Origin: Marsupella aquatica
Taxonomy: Eukaryota > Plantae > Marchantiophyta
Direction of reading: 5' to 3'
NCBI GenBank assembly: GCA_973895155.1
Contig: OZ316895.1
Span: 21,278,558 to 21,342,557 of the forward strand
DNA: 64,000 nt
Shown in pieces: positions 37,654-51,000 of this stretch. The position numbers and the translations under genes are program-made. Each line of letters begins with the position of its first letter. Position 1 is the first letter of the stretch. Under the pieces are notes generated by a model. The model was not told the DNA's origin, ran no database searches, and saw only the letters and a list, made by a program, of their open reading frames with translations.

Positions 37654-40600
37654 GGAGGCTGAGCACTTGAATTTTTTTTTTAGGGATTTGACAAGTGACA
37701 AAAATTAGACACTTGAGGGAATCCCAAGACAAAATCCCTTCAAGGAAACCTTCATTTGAGAGTCCATGTCAACCTGGCGTTGGAAATTGATGGAGTATCC
37801 TCTGTGAGAAACTGACTCCCAAGAAATTAGAAGAAACAAAATCAGAAGGAGAGGCTGATCAGACAAAGAGTCGAACCCCTGGATTGACCCTTATGGGATC
37901 ATTAATAAAAGCTTTAGAGGAATTGATTCTGAAATGCAAGATTGAAAGTACACAGCATGATTTATGGAAGGAGGAGAAGAAACAGTGCAGCGCAAAGTCC
38001 ATAGAGAAACCAGGATAAAGCTTGGGCTGGAGTCAATCAATCCAATCAAAGAGACCTGATTGAATAGAGGCAGAGCACAATCAACAAAATTTCAATCAAG
38101 GTGAGATCTGAAAAGGCACCACACCCTATAGAGAACGAATGTTGCATTAGGGCTCAACAACCGGAGGGTGAAAAGGACTGAAGTAAATTTGAGGGATGGA
38201 AACCTCATGAGAAGACAACACAGTGATCACGGACGCAGCCGCGAAGCCATGCAAAAGGGGGAGAATCGATGCACAAGCCCAAAATGGCAAAATTTGGACC
38301 AGGCTTTTCGAGAAACCATCGACAAAACTTGATAAGTGCAAAACCCCCATACTTGCAACTCATTATAAAGAGTATTTTTACTTACAAAAGAATCAGATCA
38401 CTTAAAGCATCTTTTTCAAAGCTTTTAAATCACTTTAAGATACATGTGTAATCCTTAACATAAACCTAAATCACAAGCTTACACTATGATTTTACAAATG
38501 TGAATACTGTGCCTTTACACATTACCTACCAATACACATGTTGAGTTTACAAGTATTTATACACATTGAATACATATAACATGATTATTACACCATTAAT
38601 ATCACTTTCCACCATAGGGGGAGGAAAGCACATTGTACCCACAACTATCTCCCATCTCCTAATGTCATTTTGGTTCATTCATCTTCTAGTACCATTTGAA
38701 CTTATACACCTTCTGGTATCATTTGATCTCATAAGATCCAAACGGACTCAGATAAGGGACTTTCCATGACTAACAAAGGTAAAGGTAGAGATGATTTGAT
38801 AATGGGCAAAGCCCCTAATCTCATCTATACATGAGTTAATGAGGAGTTAATATGGGCAAAGCCAGTAATCTAACCTCTACATTCTCTTGATCAGTGGGCA
38901 TTCTTATCGGACCTTACCTATAGATGTTCCAAATTTCAGAGATATTCCTCACACTCACAATTTCAAGAGAAAATAACATGCATTTTATGCAGATCAATGG
39001 GAAGAAACTTCATTGTCTCTAACTTATCTACTCAAAAACTTAAACCAAACTCATACACTACAATGGAAAGTACCTCTGTACTTGGCCATACACACACTGA
39101 TTAAGACCCAAAACCAGAATCTTATACTTTGATTGAAGTTTTATACACTTTTAGCATGCATGCCTTTACAACTTGTACAGAAGTAAGACCACAAACCTCA
39201 TCCCTTCGGACCTAGGATCATGTTCACCAGACAAAATCAAAACACTTACTCTAAGACAGTGGACTAGGATAAGGGAATTAGAAAACTAACAATATTAAAG
39301 GTATGGTACAGATGTTTGGATTATGGGCAAAGCCCCTAACCTCATCTAGTCAAGACCCAATGCGGGGTTAATATGGGCAAAGCCCGTAATCTACCTTGAT
39401 ACACTCTTCATTTTGGGGAACGGAATAACATCGCGGACCAATGACACATTCACCTTTGTGTATTACTATTAAACAAATCTCTTAGATTGAAACTAAAATT
39501 AAGACAATTTTCATCCCCACACCCAACATAGAATTAACAGGAAAACAAAATGAATTAGATGCAGACCAAGGGAAAGAAACTCAATTCTCTCAAAACTTAT
39601 CTATTGAAGAACTTGAGCCCACCTACACCACAATTGTACGTACAACTAGTACTTGGAAACTAAACAGAGACTATCCTCATATATCTCTATACGAGGAGCC
39701 AAATTATAGTTTAGGGGGAGCATCTTATCTCCACAAGTTACTCTAACTTCAAATCTCCCTACATGGCTATCTCATATCTCAATAATATTTTGAATCTACT
39801 TACATGATGGCCTGCTACCCCATATCTTGACACACTTGTCAAACTACCCCGTGATATTTGCAGACGTGCAGGCAGACGTGCCACTCACGGGAGACCTAAC
39901 TTAACCGACACCCTCTGGTGTGATTCTGGTTCATACACCCTCTAGTGTAGCTTGAGACCTAACACCCTCTGGTGTCAACAACCCTGTGTCCACTAGCACT
40001 TCTGTGCCTCCTGACACCTTCGTGTCCATCAGCACCATTATACTCTCAAATGAGCTTATTGCCATAGATTCTCCCATGATAACATTGCCCCATCCTACCC
40101 ACATATGGGTCTTTTACCTTGACTTTGGGCATTTCTAAATATGGTACTTACACCATACCATTTGACTAGGACTTTTCTATCATTTTTATAATAATACATG
40201 ATTAGCATCCGTTGATGCAACATGTCTACTCCACACTTTGGAAAACTCCCATTTAGCAATTGGGCTAATTAGCACCTTCGGTATCAATCTAGTGATCTGA
40301 AACATATAGGATAATGCCACTGCATCCCCACACAACCCACATTAATTATCTTAATACCCCCTGGTATTAGATAGCATAAGCCATACTAAAACATGACATG
40401 GTTACTCCAGTTACTAACCAAACTACTAATTATTTGGAACTTAGATTGTTTATTTGATGCAAGGCCATACAGGTGATCCAAATTTCATATGCGGAGAACT
40501 AGACAAAGTTTTTCATGAAGGCATTGACCCCTCATGTCCACAGACACCACTGCTATGCAATTGAACTCTGAAGCTTACACCGCCTGATTACTACTGATTG

Positions 40601-40950
40601 ACACATGATTGACACACACCACCACCGTGGTTCAACTCTCACATCTCACCAAGAGGACCAACCGGCTGTACTCTTTTTCCTTTAGGGTCATATTTTTTTA
40701 TTATTTTTTTCTCTACTACCCTGGTAGAGTTGTTTTTACCTCAATCTAGCACCGCTAAAGGTTTTAACGAGGCAGTCCACCTCTTTGGTCAATCAAACAT
40801 ACATGTCTATAAGCATGCAAACACTTTTTACTATCACTGAAACTCATCTCGTGCAAGTCTATAAGCATGGTGATAGATTTTTCTTACCTAGTTCTAGGAC
40901 TAGTCTAGATTGTCTCCATAACTCCCATTATGTAGCCAAGGGGGGGGGGG

Positions 40951-41134
40951 TGTTATGAGGTAACTAGTCCTAGACCAGACTAGGAGGTTACCTTTACCAT
41001 GGTTACCTCAAGACACTATATATACACCCGGTTGATCCCCAACCGAGTGATTCATTCATTCATTCATACATTCATTCATACATTCATTCAATCTCTCTCC
41101 CTCTCCAACTATGTATGAATCCTATATCACAACA
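40951..41134 (+). repeat. 3' LTR (184 bp)
   Basis: TGTTATGAGGTAACTAG...CCTATATCACAACA, preceded by a G-run PPT and followed by TSD CAAAA. Confidence 0.92.
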
Positions 41135-44100
41135 CAAAACAATTTATAAGTGCATTTTGTACTCAAACAAAGAAAGATGGTACACTTATCTGTAAGCACA
41201 TAATCCAATGAGCTTGCATTTACTGATAATTGCACACCCTTTTTTAGTAAAGGAAAATTTGGACTTATGGACATCAAATTAGGGCAAGTATTCACATTTT
41301 GTGTAATGAGTCACGGCTGCTCACCTGTGGGGATGCCATTTATTGCTACTTAAGTGAAAATTTAGGGGATGTGTACTTATCAAGGAATGGAAAAACAAAT
41401 TAGTGCAATCGGAAGTGAGAGTGTCACTTATCTAGAGTTTACTATAAATGCGTGTGCTATACAATGAACATAGAATGAACTCAATCTGGACTCGCCCCTG
41501 CACTTGGTACTTGCTCCAAGAAAACAAGTACACTAAAAAAATGGATATGTTTTTGAATGAAATGGCAACACATTGAGAGCAATAACTAAAGCTTCATCAT
41601 GTGCAGTTTCTTCACATTTTAAAAGGTTTACAAGGAAATAAAAAATCAAAATACAAAGACAACAAATATTCTTAACTGGTGATAGTTCGTGGTTGTTGTT
41701 ACTCATTTTCTGCGCCCTTTTTGTGCAACAGTTTTTTTCTTAAAAACATCTTATGCGACACCACATCTTTTTTTCTTAACGGCATCTTGGGTGACACAAC
41801 ATCTTTTTCTTAAATAACAACAGTTTGGGCAACACAACGTCTGTTTTTCTTAATGACATCTTAGATGACACGTCATCTTTTTTCTTAACAACATCTTGGG
41901 GGACACAACATCTTTTTCTTCATGACATCTATTGTGCAACACACGGGTATTTTCTTCACGACATCTTTTGTTCTCAACAACTTCGCCGACACTACATCTT
42001 TTGTTATCACCGGTATCTTGGCCGACATGACATCTTCCTTCTCAACAACCTCTTGGCCGACCCAACATCTTCCTTCTCAACAACCTCTTAGCCGACCCGA
42101 CATCTTCCTTCTCAAGGACCTCTTGACCGACACGACATCTTTTGTTATCACTGGCATCTTGGTCAAACACGACATCTTTTGTTCTCAACAACATCTTGGG
42201 CGACACTACATCTTTCTCCTCAACAACCTCTTGGCCGACACAACATCTTTCTTCTCAGCAACGGCCGACACGACCTCTTTGGTCCTCAACAACATCTTGG
42301 CCGCCACAACATCTTTTGTGCAACGCACAGGTATTGAGCTAGTATAGTTATACAGCAAGCGAGAGAGTGCCAAAACCCCCTCTTGTGCCAAGCGTGACGG
42401 CAAAAAAATTGGAGTTCCCTTACAAGGCCCGGAAACTTTACGCCCTTGAGGTCCCTACATCAAACCTCATAAATAATAAAACAAAGTGTGTCCTGTGTAA
42501 GCTTGAGGGGTAACTACAATCTGGGGACATGACCAGCCTTGTGCATTTGACAAACGGGGCTGGGCAGCAGATCTCCTTTTTTCCAGATCGTTTCGCGAGT
42601 GCTGAGGGCCGCAATGTTGAGGGCTGCTACATGCTAGTCAAACCTTCATTGATTGCCGTTTTAGCTAACGGCCACTCTTGTGCTCTTTTTTAATGATGAG
42701 ATTGTGACTATAGATGAATGCTCTGTCGGTCAGGCCTTCCAGGAACGCAAATAGGATCGCGGCCGGGGAAGATCGGGGAAGCCTTCAGCTGTGCATCTTC
42801 TTTTTACCACTGGACGAACTTCAGTGGACAGAAAATGTAACCCAAGTTGAGAGAATCGTATGTACTGTACGTATATGTTTTCAGTTTCAGACGCACTTGA
42901 AGGAGGTAATTGATGAAAAGGTCGAACCGACCGGATGCAAATGAGGCTCCTTCTCCGCCGGAATCTACAAGTAAACTACACGACCATGACATCACAAAAG
43001 TCGCAACTTGTCGCAACTTGTCGCAACTTGCGTACTCGCAATCCAGGGTTCATGCCACGCTCGAGGACATTCTTCACCTCCTTGCTTTGCCACCAAGTAG
43101 TGGCGAATCTACGTACTGTAAATTAACGCTGGAACCCAGGTCCGAGGATAGACATGTATGGATGGATAGTCGAAGAGATTCCGAACTCTTGTACTCCAAA
43201 CTTTTTCAGGATTCTGGTTCGATCACAGCTGAACAGATTGAAGCTTTCGATCTGGACTCGGAAAATAATGCACCAGCTGCAGGAGAAGCAAGACCGAGAC
43301 ACGGAATTTGAACGATCTGTAAACATGTTTTCCATTCGAAATTGGAAAAGAATATATATATATATATATACATATATTCACATTGAAAGGCGCACTGCCT
43401 CACTGCCTCACTCACTTATGAAGCTGTTCACTCGCAAGTTAGAAAATAACTTTCTGGGTGTATTGAAGCCAGGGATGCACTGATCTTCGCTAGATCAAGT
43501 GGTTTACATGTCCGGGGGGCACTCGAGCTGTTGATGACGCCCATTGAATGAGTCCATGCTCTCAGGTCGTCGTGCCCACGACTGACAGAGTTGAGGCCAT
43601 TGGGTGTGGGCAAAGTCTGCTTCACTTGGAACGCCACCCGCACTGACGCTGTAAAAGTGTACAAGGTCGGGTCGCAGCTGCTCGAGAACGGTGCTTCCAT
43701 GCTTTGCATGTATGGACAACAGGCGCCGCGTCTATTTCAATAGGGGTCTCAAAGAGGGGGCGTAAAGGAAAATTTAGGGGACACTACACTAGTTGTGCCC
43801 ATAAAACACACATTTTACTGGCCAAGGGATAGTACTATAGTTGTGCCCATAAAACGGGATAGAAGTTGTGCCCATAAAACACACATTTTACTGGCCAAGG
43901 GATAGGCATTGATTGACCGGTGCCATTAATAAGGGATGATTTATGAGTACTCTGTTCAGAGTAAGTGTTTTTGGCCTGTCCGGATTACCTGGCAGGATAA
44001 GTGATCACTACAGCATTCTATAATACACAATACCTACAGCAGCATGTAGTTTCTGTCCGTGGATGATGTAATGTTGTGTAATGTCGTGATGATGCGAATT

Positions 44101-46645
44101 CAAAATCTCAGAGTGAAGGGTTTCGATCAGTGGCCATGGGACTTTCTTATGAAAGCCAATTTTGGCCTCCTGCAACTTTTATGGTTGTTCCCGTAACTCA
44201 GTCTTTACGGTCAACTTGTAATTCATTATGCACAGCCGTGCTTTCAGATGTCCTAATGATGGCATAATTGATTCCTGAATTGATTTTGTAGCTCTCAATT
44301 CTAAAATACTTACATTGTTCAGTGGGAATTACTGGTACTACCAAAATTCATGTTGTTAACCCTAATTAATGATGAAAGTGATCTTGAGCCCCAAGGCAGC
44401 ACTAATTCTTGCAAATTTTCCAGATGAGTTTTTTTCACTTTTTTCACTTTTATTTAAAAATGCTATTAACAAATGGATGATCTTGAGTCCAAGTAACACT
44501 AATTCTGGTGCATTTTTCAGAAAGGTTTTTCCCACTCTGGAGACCAATTAAAGCAACACTAATTCATGAATGCTCGTGAAATTAATTTATAATAGAATTA
44601 GTGCAGGTAACACTAATTCTTGAGTAGAGCCCAAAATGTCCTGCTCTTGAAGCAGTGTAAATAACACTAATTAAAGGCGTACTTCTATCAAGAAATCCAA
44701 CCCTATTACAGTACAGTACAGTGATATCATATCATTTTTGTATGCAGTATAGTAAAGTCGGGTTTGCTTCACCTTGTGGAGCTATAATGCACAACAAACG
44801 AGGGCTTAGCCAAAGCCCTCTTTTGTAGGCTATCATGCACAAAAAACGATAGCTTAGCACAATTTTTGAGGGAATATTATTGCCCATGACACCTTCTTAA
44901 CACGCAACAAAAAATTAATACATTTTAAAATGATAAAGGACTTAATACGCTTTGGTTCTTGTTCTCAGATAAGCTCATAATTTAATGCAAATTGAGATGC
45001 TGGGTTTTTTAATATAATAAGTCCCTTTACATAGCATTGTGGGCCATGTATATATTTAATTGCCCCAAACAACTAGGATTTAGCTCAAGTTTCGAGGGGC
45101 TAATGCCCATACTGCTGTGGTAACAAGAAAGTTAGTAGGTTTAAAATACAGACTAAAGAGATTGTTTATTTATTGTAATAAAAGTAGAGAGAGTAAGGTT
45201 CATAATGAGCCAATCCAAATCTTGAGAGTGCAAGTTTATACACTTAAATTAACAACTCGAGAGATTTGTAATAAAAATGAGAGTAGATTTAGTAATGGGC
45301 CAAATCTTAAGAGTGCAAATTCATGAATGCACTTAAAATTTACAAATCTCAAAATGACAAATCTCAAAATGACCTTGCACAATCTGCGATCATCATTCTT
45401 TTCCATAGCGTACAGAAAAACTATACGAAGCTGAATACAAAGAGAAAGATCAATTTCCAAGGGATTTAAGGAGCTTCAAGAAACCCAAAGCAATTAGAGA
45501 TTGGACTCACCGTCATCAGCATGATGTCCCAGTCTTTGTAGCCAGCCCCCTTCTGGATTGGACCTTGAAAATATATCTTAGTTTACACTCCGCAGTATTA
45601 TTTGGCACAAAACTAAGAGACATTATTTTTGTGCAACTTGACAGGAAAGAAGGACTGGTGCACTTAATTATTAATCAGTACCACAAACAGCAAGAAAAGA
45701 ATGGTGCATGCAAGCAACAAAGCAGAACCGTGGGCAGAAATATGGAGACTCTATATCGAGGTCGACCAAAACCGGCGAGAGGTCTCGAAAGCTAAGTAAA
45801 GAAAGTAAAATTCGATTATCGTGAATGAGTCGATGAAGTGCCTGAAGAGATCTCTGTGACTACTGAAGTAATGCAGCAAGAGGGATCGATAGGAGAACAA
45901 TGGAGTTCGTAGATCATCTGGAATTCGTTTAGCACTCGCTGTTGCTTTAATTTGTACATCAACTCGATTATATAACAGCAGCGAGTTCAGGAGCAGATCT
46001 CAATTGGCCTCAATGTGCTGGTAGTCTTGGATAGCATTGAAAGCCAAATGCATAGGCCTCAGTGCGAGTGCTCTCTGATCGAGCTTAATGAAGCAGATTG
46101 GTGCCAAGGTGTCAAAGATTAGTATCCGATTTATTTTTGGAATTTCTAGTTTTCATTAAACTCTCGAATGCAATTTAAAACAAAATTAAACAGACATGAC
46201 AATGCTCAAAGGGACTAATTGGTAGAGCATAATCAGTGCTGCTTATATGCCAACAGTAGTTCCTTCACTTTGCTAGATCGAGGCAAACACATACTTAGAC
46301 AGCGTGGGTTGAGGCATGCTTTCAACCGAATCTCAACCTGTGAATTACTGGGAGTCTGAGCTTGAGACAACTCTACAGAGTGCCACGATGCAAAGGTGAA
46401 CCCCGTTCATGGAAGAACAATCCCGTGAACATTTAATTCGTCCTCACTCTTCCGGATCGACCTCCCATCCTCGTCTTTAGGCTTTTCAGTGCAGAATTGT
46501 CGCCAAGTTTCGTCGATCGTGCACCACGGAATGGATCTTGGTGGTCGGCAGAATCAGAATTAATATCCACTGTGGGATCTCTAGATTTGTCAACCTGCGG
46601 TCTCTCTAAGGTACGGTGAGTCTAAGCTTTTCACAATTCAGTTTG

Positions 46646-47380
46646 TTACTAATCTGTCCCCAAACTGAATATTTTTGGTAATATTATAATGTCCACCAAA
46701 CTATATTTATTGTCACATTATTGCCCCCCACCACCACCATTTCACATAAGCATGCGGTTAACTAATTCGTTGAAGTTAACACAACTACGGTCACCTGGGA
46801 TGGCCAAATGCCATGTGGGGAGGGGCGATTGGAACTGCAATAAGCCTGGACCCAATGGTGAACACGAGCATCAAGGGCGCACCCACACCCTTCTCTGCCC
46901 TATCTTCAGGTCAGGAGTCTAAATAATGTTGCTCAAGGAAAAGAGGGGGCCGGAGTGGCAGGGCCCAGCATTCTGATGGGAAGAGCTTGTGTCCATGTGA
47001 GCCTTTGATCCCACATTGAGAGATACTAGATGGACCTCTAAATTGAGAAGTGTTACTTAATGGACCCTATGAGGCCACATGAGATTTTAGGACCTTTGAT
47101 TTAAGGTCTATCAAGGGTAAGGGTATGGATCACTCATGCATGAGGCCATCAAGTAAAGATTTTCATTTTGGGGATCCATCAAGAATATCTCTCTCCTGCA
47201 TTTGTAGTGGGGGATGTGGACCTGCCAGGTTTAGTGCTGGACCAATCACGCCTTGCCACAAGACGTCAGGCCACTGCAGATGACCTCAGGTTAACTACAG
47301 TGAGATAGTTAATTAACCACACATATACAAACTGGAGGCAATCCTGACAATACAATATTTTGGGGGGGACAGGTTAGTGA
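46646..47380. mobile_element. Old foldback (Mutator-like) non-autonomous element with long degenerate TIRs
   Basis: Outer ends TTACTAATCTGTCCCC / GGGGACAGGTTAGTGA. Inner blocks 46756-46850 are imperfect reverse complements of 47225-47320. Confidence 0.55.
47018..47193. mobile_element. Small palindromic MITE nested in the foldback element
   Basis: GAGAGATACTAGATGGACC...TTACTTAATGG versus CCATCAAGTAA...GGATCCATCAAGAATATCTCTC. Flanks TCCCACATT / TCCTGCATT match at 7 of 9 positions and may be a 9-bp TSD. Confidence 0.55.
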
Positions 47381-47735
47381 AAAATGTGATCAAAAGCTGG
47401 TCGTCAAACTGTGTGTATGGTGCTGATGAAAAATAGCATCTTATCTTACACAATGATAAACCAGAAAGATGTGGGGAAACCAAGGTCTAATTAACCAAGG
47501 CAAACCAAGGTCTAATTAACGATGGCAACCCAAGGTCTAATTAACAAACTGATTGGAAGCCGGAGAATTTCTTCAATGTGTGAATCAGAGAAAACAGTCT
47601 AAAAGTTTATTCTCGGGTGAATCTACTGTTTGAACAAGTAATCCATACATTGCCCAGATTGTGAGGCTCAGTCTAAATTCTCTGTTGTTTGAACATGTAA
47701 TACATATATACATATATTGCCCAGATTGTGAGGCT

Positions 47736-47967
47736 CAGCTTAAATTTTCTGTTGGGCAAGATAAGAGCGTTTTATGCCCAAACTCATCGATTGAGCAAAG
47801 TTGCTGGATTTTGGTTAATTGAGGTCAGACGATGCAATTGACCTCCAGATCGACTTATACACCTATTTCAAGGGAGCGAATTCGATCGAGCCGTGAGGAA
47901 AAACGCTAGAACAGAAAGCCATTGGTTGACAGTCTTCAGCTTGTGGATGAGGATTGTATCCAGTCTC
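47736..47967 (-). pseudogene. Tandem duplicate of the 3' end (last ~32 codons plus 3' UTR) of GT31 paralogue 3
   Basis: Encodes RLDTILIHKLKTVNQWLSVLAFFLTARSNSLP*, versus ...TVDQWLSVLVFFLTARSNSLP* at 52492. The ~232-bp unit starts CAGCTTAAATTTTCTGTTGGGC at 47736 and 47968. Confidence 0.88.
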
Positions 47968-48092
47968 CAGCTTAAATTTTCTGTTGGGCAATTAAGATGA
48001 GAGCGTTTTATGCCCAAACTCATCGATTGAGCAAAGTTGCTGGATTTTGGGTAATTGAGGTCGATCAGACGAAGCAATTGACCTCCAGATCG

Positions 48093-51000
48093 GAATACAG
48101 TTGGAACTTCACTGCACAGGACCCTGCTCTTGGGTATGTCATCCGGAGGTTTCTTACCGGAATTTACCAGAGGCCTTATTGTTCTATTGAGCAAGAAGGA
48201 CGATCAACGTCGTCTTACTAACAAGCGGCCCATCACTCTACTGAACGTGATGTATAAAATCGGGGCCAAAGCCCTTCAGATGCGCCTTACACCAATTCTC
48301 CAACATTTTATTACGCCCCAGCAATTCGCCTTTCTCCCGGGCAGAAATATACACCATTCACTTATGTTACTCAATGAGTCAATACATCAAGCGTCATCGA
48401 CTGGCCTCGATTACATCTTCATGAAACTGGATGTTACTAAGGCTTTCGATAAGCTGGAGTGGAGCTTTCTGTTATCTCTCCTGGAGAGGGTGGGCTTTGG
48501 TGGGCAGCTCACACTGTTTTTGCAGGCAACTCACGCCTCGGCTACATCGTCAATACTCCTCAATGGTAAGATGGCTACCCCATTCGGACTTGCACGTTCC
48601 GTCAGACAGGGCTGCCCACTATCGCCACTGCTGTTCCTGATAGCCATCGATGCCCTCAGTCGCATGATTCTTTGGGAAGCTGAAAGGGGATCCATTCAGG
48701 GGGTGTTTTTTCCATCGGTGAATGTTCATTACATACACAACCTTTTTGCTGATGATCTAGCTATGATCATCAGAGCTGTGATGGATTACGTCAATGCTTG
48801 CAAAAATATTCTAGAATTGTTCGGCATGGCGTCTGGCCTTTTCTGCATGTGGGAGAAAACAAAAGCGGCATTTATCTCTCCTAGGCGAATTCCCATTGAA
48901 TTTCGACGTCTGCCCTGGCAATGGGAGGACGCCTCCACAGCCACCAAGCTATTGGGGATCCACTTTGCTCATGGCATTTCGGAGCAGCGGATGATTCTTG
49001 CCCTCTCTGAGAAGCTTGAATCCCGATTGGATAAAATCAGGAAGGCTTCTGGCTCTCTCATCACCCGAGTTACAGTCGTCAACCATTTGGTATTGAGCAC
49101 CTTGTGGTATGTGCTTACTGTTTGGGCGGGCCAACAAAGCACTCTGGATGCCTTACAGAAGAAAATCACAGCCTTCATCTGGGCTGGGCAGAACATCCAG
49201 GCTCGTCCTCGGGTCAATTTTGCCACGATTACCCGGTCCAAGCGTTTTGGGGGGCTGGGCCTAATATCACTCTCTACACAATTCCGGGCTCTCACAGGGA
49301 ATTTTATTCTCTAGGCGCTGGCTGACGGCGACCACCCCCTCCATCGCATCCTGCAACAGAAGATCAAAATGCTGTCAAGTCAAAAATGGGGAACGGAAGA
49401 CTACTCATGGGTAGTCTCACGGTGTAACACTCTCCCGCAGCAAGGTTCGCAAGTCTGGAGAAATGTCTGCATTGGTTGGAATGTTATTAAGCAGAACTTG
49501 AGGCCTATTGCACCCGCACACCTTGAGGAATGGTTGGACCTCCCACTCTGGCGCCCGCATCTAAATCACATATGTGCTAATCAAGCAAAATGTTCTCGGA
49601 ACCCTCAACGGCGAATCAGGAGGGCTGGAATTAGGCAGATGCGAGACGTCACGACATTGGAGGGGACCTTCATCCAGTGGGAGGATGGCCCTAATAGGAT
49701 TTTTCCAGGGAATTGTGTCACGGCCCCTGGGCCCTCAGCGTTACTAATGCAGGGAGGACGTGCGAACAACGCAAGGGTATTTTTAATGTAATGCAAACTA
49801 ATTTTTATAATATTTTTTAAAGTAGGCAACATCCATGTATATACATTCATCACAATATTAGTAATAAGGCTCTTATCAAATACATGTCACATTAATCTTA
49901 TGCAAGGGTACCTAAAATGTCAAGGACATGTGTCACTATATGGTTGGCACACATGTCATCACTTCATTGGCACACATGTCTATATAGTAAATCAGACATT
50001 TAATTATTTATCCTCTTAAGGCAAGTTTGGTTTCATGGGCTTGCATGGTAGACTTGTTTACCCGCATGTGTTAAGTTGGGAGTTAAGTAAATGTTGGGCC
50101 AGGATTTGGGGGCCCAACTCGTTTGGGGTTCTGGGATTGATGGGGACCCATGAATCAATCCCACATAGACAAACAAGATTACTTTTGAATTCCCTCCAAT
50201 CAAATGGCCAGGTATGAGGCCAGGTGTGTTTGTGTGTGGGGTGGTGTACTCCCTTGATCATTGGGTTGGGGGGGGTACCCAATGCTCACAGTTGTTTGAT
50301 TGCAGAGATGGCAGGAAAATTACCCACCATGTCTAAGTAACAATTTCAGGCAAAGGAGATTTGATGGTATTACTCTCCACAATTTTCAGTAGTCATTTTT
50401 TGTATTATTAGTACTTTGTGTCTAGAATATATATGATTAATGTGTGGTTTGATGTGTCAGGTTGCATGAAAGAAGTTGCCAAAAACTCTACTTATCATTT
50501 GGTGTTAATGGTTGATGTCATACCATTCTTAGTCAAGATAGAATAATTTAGCAATTGGAGTTTACATAAGTAGTATATATGCAATTATTCCTCCAAGGAT
50601 ATAGCATAGTATAATAATGCCTTTGTACTAGTTCAGTTTATCTCTATGAGGTCTACAAGTTGCCTGAGTTATAGTCATATACTCTAGGAAGAACTATAAA
50701 TCTTTAGTACTAATTTTGTTATGATCTATATAAAATATGTACCATGAACATCAGCGTAACATAATATTCCCCTATGCAAAATAGAATCTTTTATGTTTCA
50801 CTATGATATTTACAATTTTTAAAAATTCAAGTGTTTTTTTAATTCCTTGAAAAACTCTATTATAATTTACAAAAGGATAAATTTTTATAGGAAAAAATAA
50901 TGTTTTTACATTAACAAGGGATTTTTTTTTGTGAACAAAAATATTAAGAAGGGGTACACGGGGGGTGTCTGTTCTCAGGGGGGTTCACTTAATATAGTAA

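Larger units (their letters stand above)
37435..41134 (+). mobile_element. Ty1/copia-type LTR retrotransposon, non-autonomous (decayed internal region), Bianca-like primer site
   Basis: TG..CA LTRs at 37435-37634 and 40951-41134, 5-bp TSD CAAAA, PBS at 37635 and polypurine tract at 40938-40950. No long ORF, but RT/RNaseH-like remnants (YLHHTI*LGLFY, DNA, FMKAL) occur at ~40145-40530. Confidence 0.9.
37038..42342 (+). mobile_element. Non-autonomous Helitron interrupted by an LTR element
   Basis: 5' end A|TCAAGAACTATAATAAAGAGTTGCGC and 3' end GTGCAACGCACAGGTATTGAGCTAG|T. Segments 37038-37434 plus 41140-42342 match the reverse complement of 27205-28933. Confidence 0.92.
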
